Source: Octopus sinensis
Lineage: Eukaryota
Reading direction: 5' to 3'
NCBI RefSeq assembly: GCF_006345805.1
Contig: NC_043014.1
Location: 14,384,001 to 14,448,000, forward strand
Length of the DNA: 64,000 nt
Every line of letters begins with the position of its first letter. Within the stretch, counting starts at the first letter, position 1. The notes below the pieces were generated by a model, which saw nothing but the letters and a program-made list of their open reading frames with translations, ran no database searches and was not told the DNA's origin. Below, piece after piece: positions 1-11,799 of this stretch. A program made the translations under genes and the position numbers.

Positions 1-753
1 CTTGCCTCTCTCTAGCCCCCACTTTTCTCACAGTTTCCAATGTAACACTTTCGCTACCTGGTCATGTCGCTACTATTTGTTGTGGTTTTGGGCAAATATA
101 TGCGTGAAACCATTGCCCATATCACGAATGAATGCCTTAGACTTGCCCAAAACCACTACATTCGTGATATACGCAATGGTTTCACCCACTCTATTGCAGA
201 TGCGGCACAGTGGGGTCACTTGCTCATTCCTCAGGTTAACCATCCAGTTCGTCGATAGAGCTTGGACCTACGCTGCCAGTATAGAGCTCTTGGTCACTTT
301 TTTAGGGTTCTTTTCATAAGCCAATCCTATCTATTTTTTCCGGCAACTTCTGTTGTGGCTACATGAAATTGATTGTGTAGTCCCTTCTTGCGTAATTCTT
401 CTTCAATCCTTTTTGTGCTTCTTCCTTTGTCTTCCCTTTTTTCTCTGCTCCTACACTCCCTCGTTTTTAACTGTCACTAGCAAGGTTTCCTTGCTTTGGG
501 CTAGGTATCTAATTAAACTCTCGAGTTCGATACAGGCGCAGTCTTCCACACTTATCATCCCCCTTCCTCCATTTGCTCTCTTCATGTATAGGCGATCAGT
601 GTCTGCACGTGGATTATGGGCTCCATGCATCGTTAGGAGCTCTCTTGACTTCCTGTCCATCTCTTTTAGCTTCCCCTCTTTCCACTTCAGGATTCCAGTA
701 CCCTACCGAACTACTACGATTGCGCGCGAGTTTATTGCCGAAATTATGTGTCT
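1..753 (-). mobile_element. Decayed R4/Dong-type (RLE) non-LTR retrotransposon fragment: post-RT region plus CCHC knuckle
   Basis: The minus strand reads INSRAIVVVR*GTGILKWKEGKLKEMDRKSRELLTMHGAHNPRADTDRLYMKRANGGRG, then LCRICNRVGETIA and RHDQVAKVLHWKL. These motifs match the better-preserved copy at 36973-37753. Several stops and frameshifts. Confidence 0.8.
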
Positions 754-955
754 GGCAGGTCTGTGTGCCTTGCGTATGTGCTGCGGTTTGTTGTGGTGCT
801 CTTATTTTTACTGTATTCAAAGTGCTTTACGTAGGACGTGTGCGGTGCCTAGTAGTGCTATTTTCTGTATGTTGTTATTAGTAAGTCTTGGTGTTTTAGT
901 TTTGTATTTGTCTGAATGTTTTCTAACCATACCTAAACACCTATTATTATAGGGA
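754..955 (-). mobile_element. 3' end fragment of an R4/Dong-type LINE, fused to the fragment at 1-753
   Basis: IQKIALLGTAHVLRK plus a 3' UTR (agcaccacaacaaaccgcagcacatac..aaggcacacag) close to 37690-37810. The UTR is cut short at the junction near 754. Confidence 0.75.
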
Positions 956-999
956 TTGTTTCTGTTTTGGGGCTCCACATTTGGGATATCTCTATCTCC

Positions 1000-1258
1000 A
1001 TTCTTCTTCTTCTTCTTCTTCTTCTTCTTCTCCTTCTTCTTCTTCTTCTTCTTCTTCTTCTTCTTCTTCTCTTCTTCTTCTTTCTTCTTCTTCTTCTCTT
1101 CTTCTCTCTTCTTCTTCTTCTTCTTCTTCTTCTTCTTCTTCTTCTTCTTCTTCTCTCTTCTTCTTCGTCTTCTTCGTTCTTCTTCCTTCTTCTTCTTCTT
1201 CTTCGTTCGGTCTTGTACTATAAAAAATAATAATAATAAAACTAATAATAATAATAAT

Positions 1259-1319
<61 letters not shown>

Positions 1320-1324
1320 TAATA

Positions 1325-1366
<42 letters not shown>

Positions 1367-1381
1367 TTTATTATATTATTA

Positions 1382-1418
<37 letters not shown>
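1000..1418. repeat. Compound microsatellite: (CTT)n, then (AAT)n switching to (ATT)n
   Basis: Read directly. It accounts for the poly-F/L/S/N/I/Y ORFs. Confidence 0.95.
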
Positions 1419-1420
<2 letters not shown>

Positions 1421-1625
1421 GGCAGGGAGCTGGCAGAATCGTCAGCATGCTGGGCAAAATGCTTAGCTGTATTTCGCCCGTCGCTACGTTCTGAGTTCAA
1501 ATTCCGCCAGGGTCGACTTTTCATCCTTTCGGGGTCGATAAATTAAGTACCAGTATAGCACCGGGGTTGATATAAACGACTAGCCTCCTCCCCTCAAATT
1601 TCAGGCCTTGTGTCTATAATAAAAA
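1418..1625 (+). mobile_element. tRNA-headed SINE family 1, tail variant B
   Basis: Head aaggc.g.gagctggcagaa with B-box-like gagttcaaattcc, core gtcgac..ttcatcctttcggggtcgataaattaagtaccag, tail aaatttcaggccttgtg. More than 15 copies in the window. Confidence 0.85.
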
Positions 1626-1644
1626 GGATAATAATAATAATTAT

Positions 1645-2205
1645 TATTGACTGAGTGAACAATACTTGCCATCAAAGTGACACTGGGGTAAAATATACGA
1701 AGCTCAGTATACCCATTATGACTACCCGTCTGATAAAGGTATACCAGACACATGCATCACAACCATATATGAGCGACATGGTGATCTCATTTCAAGATAA
1801 ACAGTGCATAACCTTGCAGGTGGGACCCAGTTAAAATTTTCTCCAGGTTGAGCAGCCCATCCCGCTCAAAAGGTTCTTGAATAAGGGTTATTTAAGGATG
1901 TTGAACGAAACACCCATGTTTTCAGAGGTGAATTACCCAAATTTCAAAGAATTCCTCTCAACACATGGCTATGATGCTCCCCAACTAGTTCTGCGCGTGA
2001 TCAGAGATGCACATATCGTCGACCACTAAGGGACATACTCAACTGGTTATGGTCAAGCAACTGACAAGCAAATCTGTGGTATTGGGCAGAATATTTGCTG
2101 TAGCCCATCTTTTCTACCAAGACAAAACGATGTACATGATAACACTTCCAATCAGTTAAGATCAGAAGCCATGAGAGCCATTGCCTGGTACTGCATCAGG
2201 ACATT
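1645..2205 (-). mobile_element. ~560-bp non-coding element flanked by (TAA)n (family Y)
   Basis: High identity to 35058-35559, 63413-63920 and 12800-12950. The 3' end ctcactc/ctcagtc runs directly into (AAT)n. Confidence 0.8.
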
Positions 2206-2219
2206 TATTATTATTATTA

Positions 2220-2280
<61 letters not shown>

Positions 2281-2353
2281 ACGCTAATCCGGTTACTGTA
2301 CTACCGTAGCATGAAACTCATAGCAGCTCACATTTAAGTCCCATATTTATTAC

Positions 2354-2417
<64 letters not shown>

Positions 2418-2809
2418 ACACACGTGTGTATGTGTCTCAAAGAACATTTCTTTTTTTTACGTGAAACGTACTTATAGCGCCAAAGAAAAACAAACAATTT
2501 CTTTTTCTCTGCAAATCGATAATAATTCAGGCGTTGTCAGGTTAGAAAGGAAAGATTTCTTTTATATATTTTCCAGTCATTGCTCGATGTTTCATCACAA
2601 AGTATCTGTCAGGGTTAGACATCTGAAAGATTTAATAGTATTTGGTAGAGATTAAAACAGGTTTGAACGACATTTAAACTCCAACGACGTGATTCTTTAT
2701 CAGTTTCAATGTTGTGCAATATGCTTATGAATAACGATTTTCAAACATTTCCATTTTTATAATATTTTTTTTATCATAGGTTTATGAACGATTGTGTATG
2801 TTTCTCAAA

Positions 2810-3320
2810 TAAATAAATAAATAAATAAATATTCCCTTTTACTCTTTTCAGTCATTTGACTGCGGCCATTCTGGAGCACCATCTTTAGTCGAATAACTCG
2901 ACCCCAGGACTTATTCTTTGTAAACCTACTACTTATTCGATCGGTCTCTTTATACCGAACCGCTAGGTAACGGGGTACATAAACACACCAGCATCGGTTG
3001 TCAAGTGATGGTGGGGAGACAAACACACGCATAAACAACAAACACACACACACACACACACATACATACATACATACATACATACATACATACATACATA
3101 CATACATACACACCACACACACACACACGTATATATATATATACATACATACATATATACGACGACTTCTTTCAGTTTCCATCTACCAAATCCACTCACA
3201 TGGCTTTGGTCGGCCCGAGGCTATAGTAGAAGACACTTGCCCAAAGTGCCACGCAGTGGGACTGAACCTGGAACCATGTGGTTGGGAAGCAAGCTTCTTA
3301 CCACATAGCCACTCCTGCGC
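2810..3320 (-). mobile_element. SINE family 2 (tRNA-like head, internal microsatellite, tail gactgaaacaagtaaaagag)
   Basis: Matches copies at 16527, 21933, 42270, 51003 and 51945. Confidence 0.85.
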
Positions 3321-3321
3321 T

Positions 3322-3362
<41 letters not shown>

Positions 3363-3382
3363 GTATGTGTGTGTATGTATAA

Positions 3383-3448
<66 letters not shown>

Positions 3449-3594
3449 GTCAAACTATTGTAATTTAATGCTCTAAGTGTTCCTTGATGATCCGTTGTGG
3501 TTGAGCATCTAAATGCATTTGGAAAATGTACTGCGGGTCTTGAAACAACCATAGTAGTGGAGTAGTGGGTGAATGGTTCGTAGGAACATACATA

Positions 3595-4114
3595 CCGTAA
3601 ATCCTCGAGTATAGTCCGTCCTTGAGTATAATACGCAAGGGATTTTTAGGGGGCTGTACTTCTGAAAAACCTAAACCTTTTGTAGAATACGAACCCCTTC
3701 TCTAACTTGAGTCGTGCGTAATTAAGCCACCAGCACCTAGTCGAACAAACACTTCCGCGCATGCGTAATACAATAATGGTGATGTTCTTAACTGTTATAT
3801 GGGAATGTAAACATGCTTTCAAATTGTTTTGTTACATGTTCTTCTGTGTTCTGAATACTTTTATTTTAATAAATGTTGCTTACTACAAGTTATGGATGAT
3901 TCTTTTATGGCTTCATTGATTTCGGGCTTAGCTTAAGGTATTTTCGCGCTCGACATCACAAACTGCGTCTGAATAAACATTGCCGGACAGCCAATAGAGA
4001 CTCGGACATTGCTTAGGAAATCTTTTTCATTTTAACCTCGTATATAGTACGCACTAGGGATTTTGACCTTTAAATTTTGGGAAAAAAATGCGGATTATAC
4101 TCGAGGATTTACAG
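3595..4114. mobile_element. MITE with ~24-bp TIRs and TA TSD (Tc1/mariner-pogo type)
   Basis: TA|ccgtaaatcctcgagtatagtccg at 3593-3618 and cggattatactcgaggatttacag|TA at 4091-4116. A related copy lies at 32093-32582. Confidence 0.85.
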
Positions 4115-4544
4115 TATATAATATAAACATTTTATGTATGTATGTATGTATGTATGTATGTATGTTGCCTTGCGGGAAGGATTGTTTCCATGAAGTCGTG
4201 TCTCGCCTTTACCTTCGAAACACGGTGTAGACGAAACAGAGGCGGCTGAAGAAGGGGAATTTTCCTTCTGTTGTACGTCTTTTACTCTGCTTTTTCGTTG
4301 TTTAAAAAATGTGTTTCCTTGGTTATGTTTTTATGTTTTCGTTTCTCATTGTGTTCGACGTTTTTTTTTGTGTCCTGTACCTATATATGCATGTATATAT
4401 ACATATAGATGTAGGTACGTACATATATGTATGTATATATGCATATGTTTTATTTATTTTTTTGTTATTATATATGTATATATGCATGCATGTATGTATG
4501 TATATATGTATGTTTGTATGTATGTATGTTTGCATGTATGTATG

Positions 4545-4583
<39 letters not shown>

Positions 4584-4664
4584 TGCATTTGTGGGGTAGC
4601 AAGGTAACAAGTGGTATAAAATAAAGTGGACTCTCTCAGCAATTATCATGCTTGCTACATGAGG

Positions 4665-4723
<59 letters not shown>

Positions 4724-4809
4724 CCGGATGGTGCTCGAAAATTAAAGAGTGTTACCTTAGTTCACTGGTAGTGAACAGCTGGCATCGTAGTACGTTTCAG
4801 GCGTTAGAA

Positions 4810-5572
4810 GCTGTGCAAAGGAAACACAAAGCTTGAAACTTGGGGAAGGGATTAAGTCAATTATATCGAGCCCAGTACGTAACTGGTACTTAATTTATTG
4901 ACCCCGAAATGATGAAAAGAAAAACCGACCTCGGTAGAATTTTAACTCAGAACGTAGCGGCAGACGAAATACCTATTTCTTTACTACCCACAGGGGCTAA
5001 ACACAGGGAGGACAAATAAGGACAGACCAACGAATTAAGTCGATTATATCGTCCCCAGTGCGTAACTGGTACTTAATTTATCGACCCCGAAAGGATGAAA
5101 GGCAAAGTCGACCTCGGCGGAATTTGAACTCAGAACGTAACGGCAGTTGAAATACCTATTTCTTTACTATCCACAAGGGGCTAAACACAGAGGGGACGAA
5201 CAAGGACAGACAAACGGATTAAGTCGATTATATCGACCCCAGGGCGTTACTGGTACTTAATTTATCGACTCCGAAAGAATGAAAGGCAAAGTCGACCTCG
5301 GCGGAATTTGAACTCAGAACATAACGGCAGTCGAAATACCTATTTCTTTACTATCCACAAGGGGCTAAACACAGAGGGGACAAACAAGGACAGACAAACG
5401 GATTAAGTAGATTATATCGAACCCCAGTGCGTTACTGGTACTTAATTTATCGACCCCGAAAGGATGAAAGGCAAAGTCGACCTCGGCGGAATTTGAACTC
5501 AGAACGTAGCGGCAGACGAAATACCTCGAAGTATTTCGTCCAGCGTGCTAACGTTTCTGTCAGCTCGCCGCC

Positions 5573-5575
<3 letters not shown>
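4810..5575 (-). mobile_element. SINE family 1 head-to-tail tetramer (~184-bp period, one head)
   Basis: The junction gaaatacctatttc occurs at 4966, 5149 and 5333. A single tRNA-like head lies at 5522-5573. Confidence 0.9.
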
Positions 5576-5642
<67 letters not shown>

Positions 5643-6248
5643 CTTCATTTATTTGCTACAATTGGGAAGGATGAGGGGTACAGGACACTGTAGTACTGAG
5701 AGCTATTTAATCGTCTGACTTGTGTGGCCTTGTGCAAACGGTGGAAATCAATTTCCAATCCTTCGACCATAAATTCTTTTAGTTACCCAAGAAATGCATT
5801 GCAGACAATAATTAGCTCGGTTTTCAATCAATTACTTGATTTCATTCTCTTCTATCTCCCCCGTTGTTTCACGTCTAGACTATTCCAGATATATTGTTTC
5901 CTTTTGCATTCCCTAAATATTGAAATATTGGAATCGAGATGTCCGTATCGTACGTATATCGATTACAACCTTGTTTTTGTTTTATTTTTCGTGATCAGTT
6001 ATCTCCCGTCCATTTATGACAACTTCCCCCTTCCCTCACTCCTTTGCACCCCAACTCTCCTCCCATTTCTTTGATTTTTATTATTCTCCCTTATCTCTTC
6101 TTCTAGCTCTTTCTCTTTGTTCCTCTCTCTCTCTTTTCTTTTTCTTTCTGTATCATTTTTCTACCGACCAGTAATTCTTCCATGTCTATAAAATATGTTC
6201 ATTTTATTGCTTATACTTTTTTCTTTGGTATTTCTCTCTCTCTCTCCC

Positions 6249-6294
<46 letters not shown>

Positions 6295-6651
6295 TCTCTC
6301 CAGCCTCCTTCCCCCACCTTTCTTCCCCACTCTCTCGTTTCTTAATGGCTAAATATTTTCCTTTTCTTTCTTTTCCTCACAATTTTCTTTGTCATTAAAA
6401 ATAATTTATTATTATTATTATTGTTATTACTATTGTTGTTGTCGTTGTTGTTGGTGCAGTTGTTGTTGTAGTTGTTGTTGATAACATTATTATTTATTTA
6501 CTTGTTTGTTTATTTCTGGATTCTATTCCAAAGATTCATACGCACGCAACTGCCGCCGTGAAACGAGCATGCGCAGTTGAGTTTTTTTTGTTTAATCAAA
6601 GCAAAACTGAATGGATACTAAAGGCGGTATTTCGTTTTCCGGAATCTAACA

Positions 6652-7644
6652 ATGAATTTTTCCAAAGCTCAACAAGTGGACATCTACATTTCTCAAGATA
6701 TTTGGATGATATTCGCACCCTGTTACATTTTACTGGGAACAATCGGTAATCTGTTTGTTCTGATTATTTTCTGTAAAAAGTGCATGCATGATGTTGTCAA
6801 CGCCACATTTATGATACTGTCAGCGTTGGTAGATTTCGCCATCTTGTACACGTCTCTGCTGGCCAAATGGTTGAAGTACACGGAAATTATCGACTGGGAT
6901 TTAGTCCCCGATCTTATCTGTAAGCTACAGTTATGGTTGTCGACGTCCTTTGGAATGATGGAGCCTTGGATTGTTGTTGTCATCACTGTACAAAGAGGAA
7001 CCATGTTGCTGCAGCCGTTTCGGAACTTGGGAGTCTCGAAAAACGTCTCAAACGACTTGGTCAAGGTATTTTCTATGGTTATGTTCATATTTCTTATCAA
7101 TTTACATTTGATGCACGGCTCTTTCGACGGCGATGCCTCCGTCATTACGTTTCCACGTACCTACTGTTACGGAAACGACTCCCAATATTTGCTCTTCTTG
7201 AAGAAATGGGAGATAGCTCGAGTGTTTTTCGTTCTAATATTGCCTACCGGTATCTTCTTTGTGTTTGACATTGTCATAGTTTATCAGTTGAAAATGTGTG
7301 CCTGCATTCGCAGAAGCAGCCGACAGGAAACGAAGCCGTCTTCAGAGGTAGCTCACAACGCCAGTCGTAGTATGAAGTATATCTTAATCCTAAATATTGT
7401 TTTTTTAGTCACAAGCTTCCCAACTATCTTTGTTACAATGAAATCTCCGTCAGAAACACGTGATGAAGCAGATGATTTCTTTCTGCTAACCGTTACAAGT
7501 TTGTTGCTCTACACACGCAATGCAGCCGGCTTCCTGGCCTTCATAGCTAGCGGTAAATTTCGACGGGAAGTAATGAAAATCTATCGAAATTGCAAAATCA
7601 ATCTGTTTTCACCGAGGAATATGATAAAGCCTTTAGAGAAATAA
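6652..7644 (+). CDS. Intronless rhodopsin-like (class A) GPCR, FMRFamide-receptor-like group, 330 aa
   Basis: Seven hydrophobic segments. TM1 GN, TM2 LSALVD, TM3 Cys (LICKL) with ECL2 Cys (TYCY), TM4 NLH, TM5 Pro (LILP), TM6 FLVTSFP, helix-8 KFRREV. An in-frame TAA at 6619 makes the ATG at 6652 the first start. No stops in 330 codons. The subfamily assignment is inference. Confidence 0.9.
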   Translation: MNFSKAQQVDIYISQDIWMIFAPCYILLGTIGNLFVLIIFCKKCMHDVVNATFMILSALVDFAILYTSLLAKWLKYTEIIDWDLVPDLICKLQLWLSTSFGMMEPWIVVVITVQRGTMLLQPFRNLGVSKNVSNDLVKVFSMVMFIFLINLHLMHGSFDGDASVITFPRTYCYGNDSQYLLFLKKWEIARVFFVLILPTGIFFVFDIVIVYQLKMCACIRRSSRQETKPSSEVAHNASRSMKYILILNIVFLVTSFPTIFVTMKSPSETRDEADDFFLLTVTSLLLYTRNAAGFLAFIASGKFRREVMKIYRNCKINLFSPRNMIKPLEK

Positions 7645-7666
7645 TATAAGATAAAAAAAGAATAAT

Positions 7667-7672
7667 AATAAA
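7667..7672 (+). promoter_or_regulatory. Possible polyadenylation signal of the GPCR
   Basis: AATAAA 22 nt after the stop. The context is A-rich, so this could be chance. Confidence 0.3.
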
Positions 7673-7689
7673 AACACGACCAACAGACA

Positions 7690-8030
7690 CTAATACCACT
7701 ACTACCGCCATCACCACCACCATTACCACTACCAACAACATGGTGGTGATGATGACGATGATGGTGATTACGATGATGATAAATGATGATGATGGTGATG
7801 ATAATGATAATGATGGTGATGATGACATAAAAATGATGATGGTAATGGTGGTGATGATAATGGAGGTGGTAATGGTGGGTGCATGATGAAAGTGACGGTG
7901 ATGTTTTGACGACGACGACGACGATGATGATGATGATGATGATGATATTGACGATAATGATGATGACGATGATGATGATGTGTATGATGGTGGTGATGGT
8001 GATGACGCAAGTGGGTGCCACTGATAGCGG
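7690..8030. repeat. Degenerate (CAY)n/(GAT)n trinucleotide tract
   Basis: Read directly. Source of the poly-H/I/M ORFs. Confidence 0.9.
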
Positions 8031-8395
8031 TGATGAATCGAAAAGTTATTTTCATAAATCTATAAAAACAGAAAAAAAAGAAAAAAACAAAAACAAAAAC
8101 AAAAAAGAAACAGCAACAATAATAATAATAACAATAACAATAAGGATTTGTTTATTTGTTATAATAACATATACATACACACATGTATACATATGCGCGC
8201 GCTCACACACACACACACACGCACACACACATACACGTTCATACTCACATACACACAAAAGACAAAACAAAAGAAGTCAACTTTAAGACGCAAGTACATA
8301 ATTGTCGTCTGCCAGAAATCAGAAAATGGAATAAATGAAAAGTCAACACAACTACCAAAACTTACAGTCTTTCCTGGAGAATGTTATGACTTAAC

Positions 8396-8396
8396 C

Positions 8397-8474
<78 letters not shown>

Positions 8475-8700
8475 GTCTATCTATCTATCTATCTATCTAT
8501 CTACCTGTCTATCTGTCTGTCTGTCTGTTTGTCTAATTATCTGTTGGTCTCTATCTGCCTGTTTGTCTGCTTGCCTGTCTAACTGTTTGTTTTCTGTCTG
8601 CTCCCCCTCTCTCTCTATCTCCCTCTCTCTATTTATCTATATGTATGTCTATCTGCCTTCTGTCTGTCTCCATCTGTCTGTTTATCTATCTATATGTTTG

Positions 8701-8775
<75 letters not shown>

Positions 8776-8800
8776 GTCTGTCTGTCTGTCTCTGTCTCTC
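8396..8800. repeat. (CTAT)n/(CTGT)n tract; a second (CTAT)n tract lies at ~9610-9810
   Basis: Read directly. Confidence 0.9.
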
Positions 8801-8941
8801 TGTCTCTCTCTCTTCTTTCTGTATATATAATATATATATATATATATAATATATATATACATATCTATACACACATACACACCCCCTCACAATACACATG
8901 TATATATGTTTTTGTTAACCTACATAAAGCCTATATATATA

Positions 8942-8983
<42 letters not shown>

Positions 8984-9610
8984 CGCATTTATATATATTC
9001 ATTATGTATATATATATATATATATGTAGATATATATGTATATATTTATATATATATATTTACACACACATATGTATGTATGTCTGTATGAATGTTTGTA
9101 TATTTAGCCAGTTGTGTAAGTTATAGTTTGTCAACTAAAACATTTGTTTTTAACGGGTGTTTTTTCCCCCCGTTTTTCCCCCCCTTTTTCTTTCATTTTA
9201 ACCGTTGACGTTATAAAAACAGCCTCGAGAATTATTTACGATGTTTTCAAATTTATTGTTTTATTTTACAGGTTCGAATGATTTCTGTATTCGTTTGTTT
9301 TTGTTGTTTTCTTTGTTAATTGTTTGTTTATTATTAATCTATTAATTTGTCTTTAAGAATTTTCGGTTCGATACCTCTCACTTGCAATATTATTTTCGTT
9401 GGTTGGTGTAAAAAAAGAAAAAAGAAAAACAAAAAAGCCCCCACAACAATAATAGCGGTATCTAAACCAAAATAATACAGTAAAATTCGGCTAATCCGGC
9501 AATCTACACAGTTTCCGGTTATTAATTTTGCCAGCGTGATCTAACTGAAATTTAAAAAAAGAAAAAAGAAAAAAACCCAACAAAATTTGCATCTGAAAAA
9601 AACACACCTT

Positions 9611-9641
<31 letters not shown>

Positions 9642-9666
9642 CTATCTATCTATCTATCTATCTATC

Positions 9667-9755
<89 letters not shown>

Positions 9756-9760
9756 ATCTA

Positions 9761-9801
<41 letters not shown>

Positions 9802-9981
9802 GTCTGTCTGTCTGTCTATCTTTCTATATATATATATAATATATATATATACATATCTATACACACATACACATACCCTCAATACACATGTATATATGTT
9901 TTTTGTTAATCTACATACAGGCATATATATATATGGAAGGAGGAGAGAAAAAGACAAATATTAATAGAGGTACTACTACTA

Positions 9982-10031
<50 letters not shown>

Positions 10032-10067
10032 TGCTGCTGCTGCTGCTGCTGCTGCTACTACTAATAT

Positions 10068-10098
<31 letters not shown>

Positions 10099-10110
10099 AC
10101 TACTACTAAC

Positions 10111-10143
<33 letters not shown>

Positions 10144-10165
10144 ACTACTACTACTACTACTACTG

Positions 10166-10217
<52 letters not shown>

Positions 10218-10624
10218 CGCTACTACTGCTACTACTAGGGTGGATTTCTTAGCCTTAGGGGCTCAAGAAAGTGGAAACCATACAAAGGAAAGGTTAGACT
10301 TCAACTGGAGACGTTACACGAAAAGAAAAAAAAAACATGAAAAATACAACAAAAAATTCCCAGTACTAGGAACAACTACCAAGGACCCTAATCAAGTAAC
10401 CCTACAGATTCGTGATTAACCTAATCCCTAAGAGCAAATGCTCTCTCTCTCTCTCTCTGTCCTTCTCTTTCCCCCTCTTTCTCTCTCTCCGTTGTCATTT
10501 CCTGGCCTTCAGGTACCCGTTCAGTTGAGCTACCTTCGCCACTCTCACTCATCTTTGAGTAAATTTGCTGAGTGGTAAGTAGGAAGGGCATTACCTCTCT
10601 CTCTACCTTCACTCATTCCAAAAC

Positions 10625-11042
10625 TTAGAAATATAATAACCTTTTCTACAATAGGCACAAGGCCTGAAATTTTGAGGGAAGGGGTTAAGTCGACTACATC
10701 GATCCCACTGCTTGACTGGTACTAATTTTATTGACTCCGACCCCGAAAGAATGAAAGGCAAAGTTAACCTCGGCAGAATTTAAACTCAGAACGCAAAGAT
10801 GGACGAAATACCTATTTCTTAGCACAAGGGGCTAAACACAGAGAGGACAAACAAGGACAGACAAACGGATTAAGTCGATTATATCGACCCCAGTGCGTAA
10901 CTGGTACTTATTTAATCGATCCCGAAAAGATGAAAGGCAAAGTCGACCTCGACGGAATTTGAACTTAGAACGTAGTGGCAGACGAAATACAGCTAAGCAT
11001 TTTACTTTGCGTGTTAACAATTATGTCTGCTTGCCGCCTTAA
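10625..11042 (-). mobile_element. SINE family 1 dimer (head-core-tailA, then headless core-tailB)
   Basis: Junction gaaatacctatttc at ~10805-10818. Confidence 0.85.
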
Positions 11043-11049
11043 AAATTAT

Positions 11050-11262
11050 CCTTTCTCCTAAAGGTACAATGCCTGAAATTTTGGGGGAGGGACTAGTTGA
11101 TTATATTGACTCTAGTGTTTTACTGGTACTTAATTTATCGACCTCGAAAGGATGAACGGCAAAGTCGAGCTCAGCAGAATTTGAACTCAGAAAGTAAAGA
11201 CGGACAAAATGCCGCTAAGCATTTTGGTTGGCGTGGTAACGATTCTGCTAGCTCGCCGCCTT
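11050..11262 (-). mobile_element. SINE family 1 monomer, tail B
   Basis: Head, core and tail motifs as in the other copies. Confidence 0.8.
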
Positions 11263-11278
11263 AAAAATACAATATTAA

Positions 11279-11329
<51 letters not shown>

Positions 11330-11420
11330 AATAACAACAACAACAATAATAAAAACAGTATATAAATCGCACCCCTACAGTTGGTTAAAGTCTGCATTTA
11401 GTAACCACAAGTATACTATA

Positions 11421-11653
11421 TATTTCTTTACTGCCCACAAGGGGCTAAACACAGAGGGGACAAACAAGGACAGACAAAGGGATTAAGTCGATTACATCGA
11501 CCTCAGTGCGTAACTGGTACTTTATTTATCGACCCCGAAAGGATGAAAGGCAAAGTCGACCTAGGCGGAATTTGAACTCAGAACGTAACGGCAGACGAAA
11601 TACGGCTACGCATTTCGCCCAGCGTGCTAACGTTTCTGCCAGCTCGCTGCCTT
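11421..11653 (-). mobile_element. SINE family 1 monomer, tail A, with 13-bp TSD
   Basis: TSD caagtatactata at 11408-11420 and 11654-11666. Confidence 0.9.
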
Positions 11654-11799
11654 CAAGTATACTATAGCGATGTCTTGCAGGTTGTGGTGGTGATGATGGT
11701 GATGGCTATAGTGAAATTACTTCTGTATACATGATACTAAACGAGCACGACTACTGAATTTATTTCACCGATTAAATTCAATTTAAAGAATATATCATA

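Noticed and set aside
956-1420. Long low-complexity ORFs here and throughout (poly-F/L/Y, MYVC, HT, IYLS)
   Set aside because: They are translations of microsatellites with no domain content.
4211-4290. Hammerhead half-motifs GAAACACGGTGTA and CTGAAGA
   Set aside because: The order would need a type II fold, but stem I does not pair and the stem II closing pair mismatches. At most a rearranged remnant.
4810-5575. Regular repeats as a CRISPR array
   Set aside because: Whole ~184-bp units repeat with no unique spacers, there are no cas genes, and the context is eukaryotic SINE.
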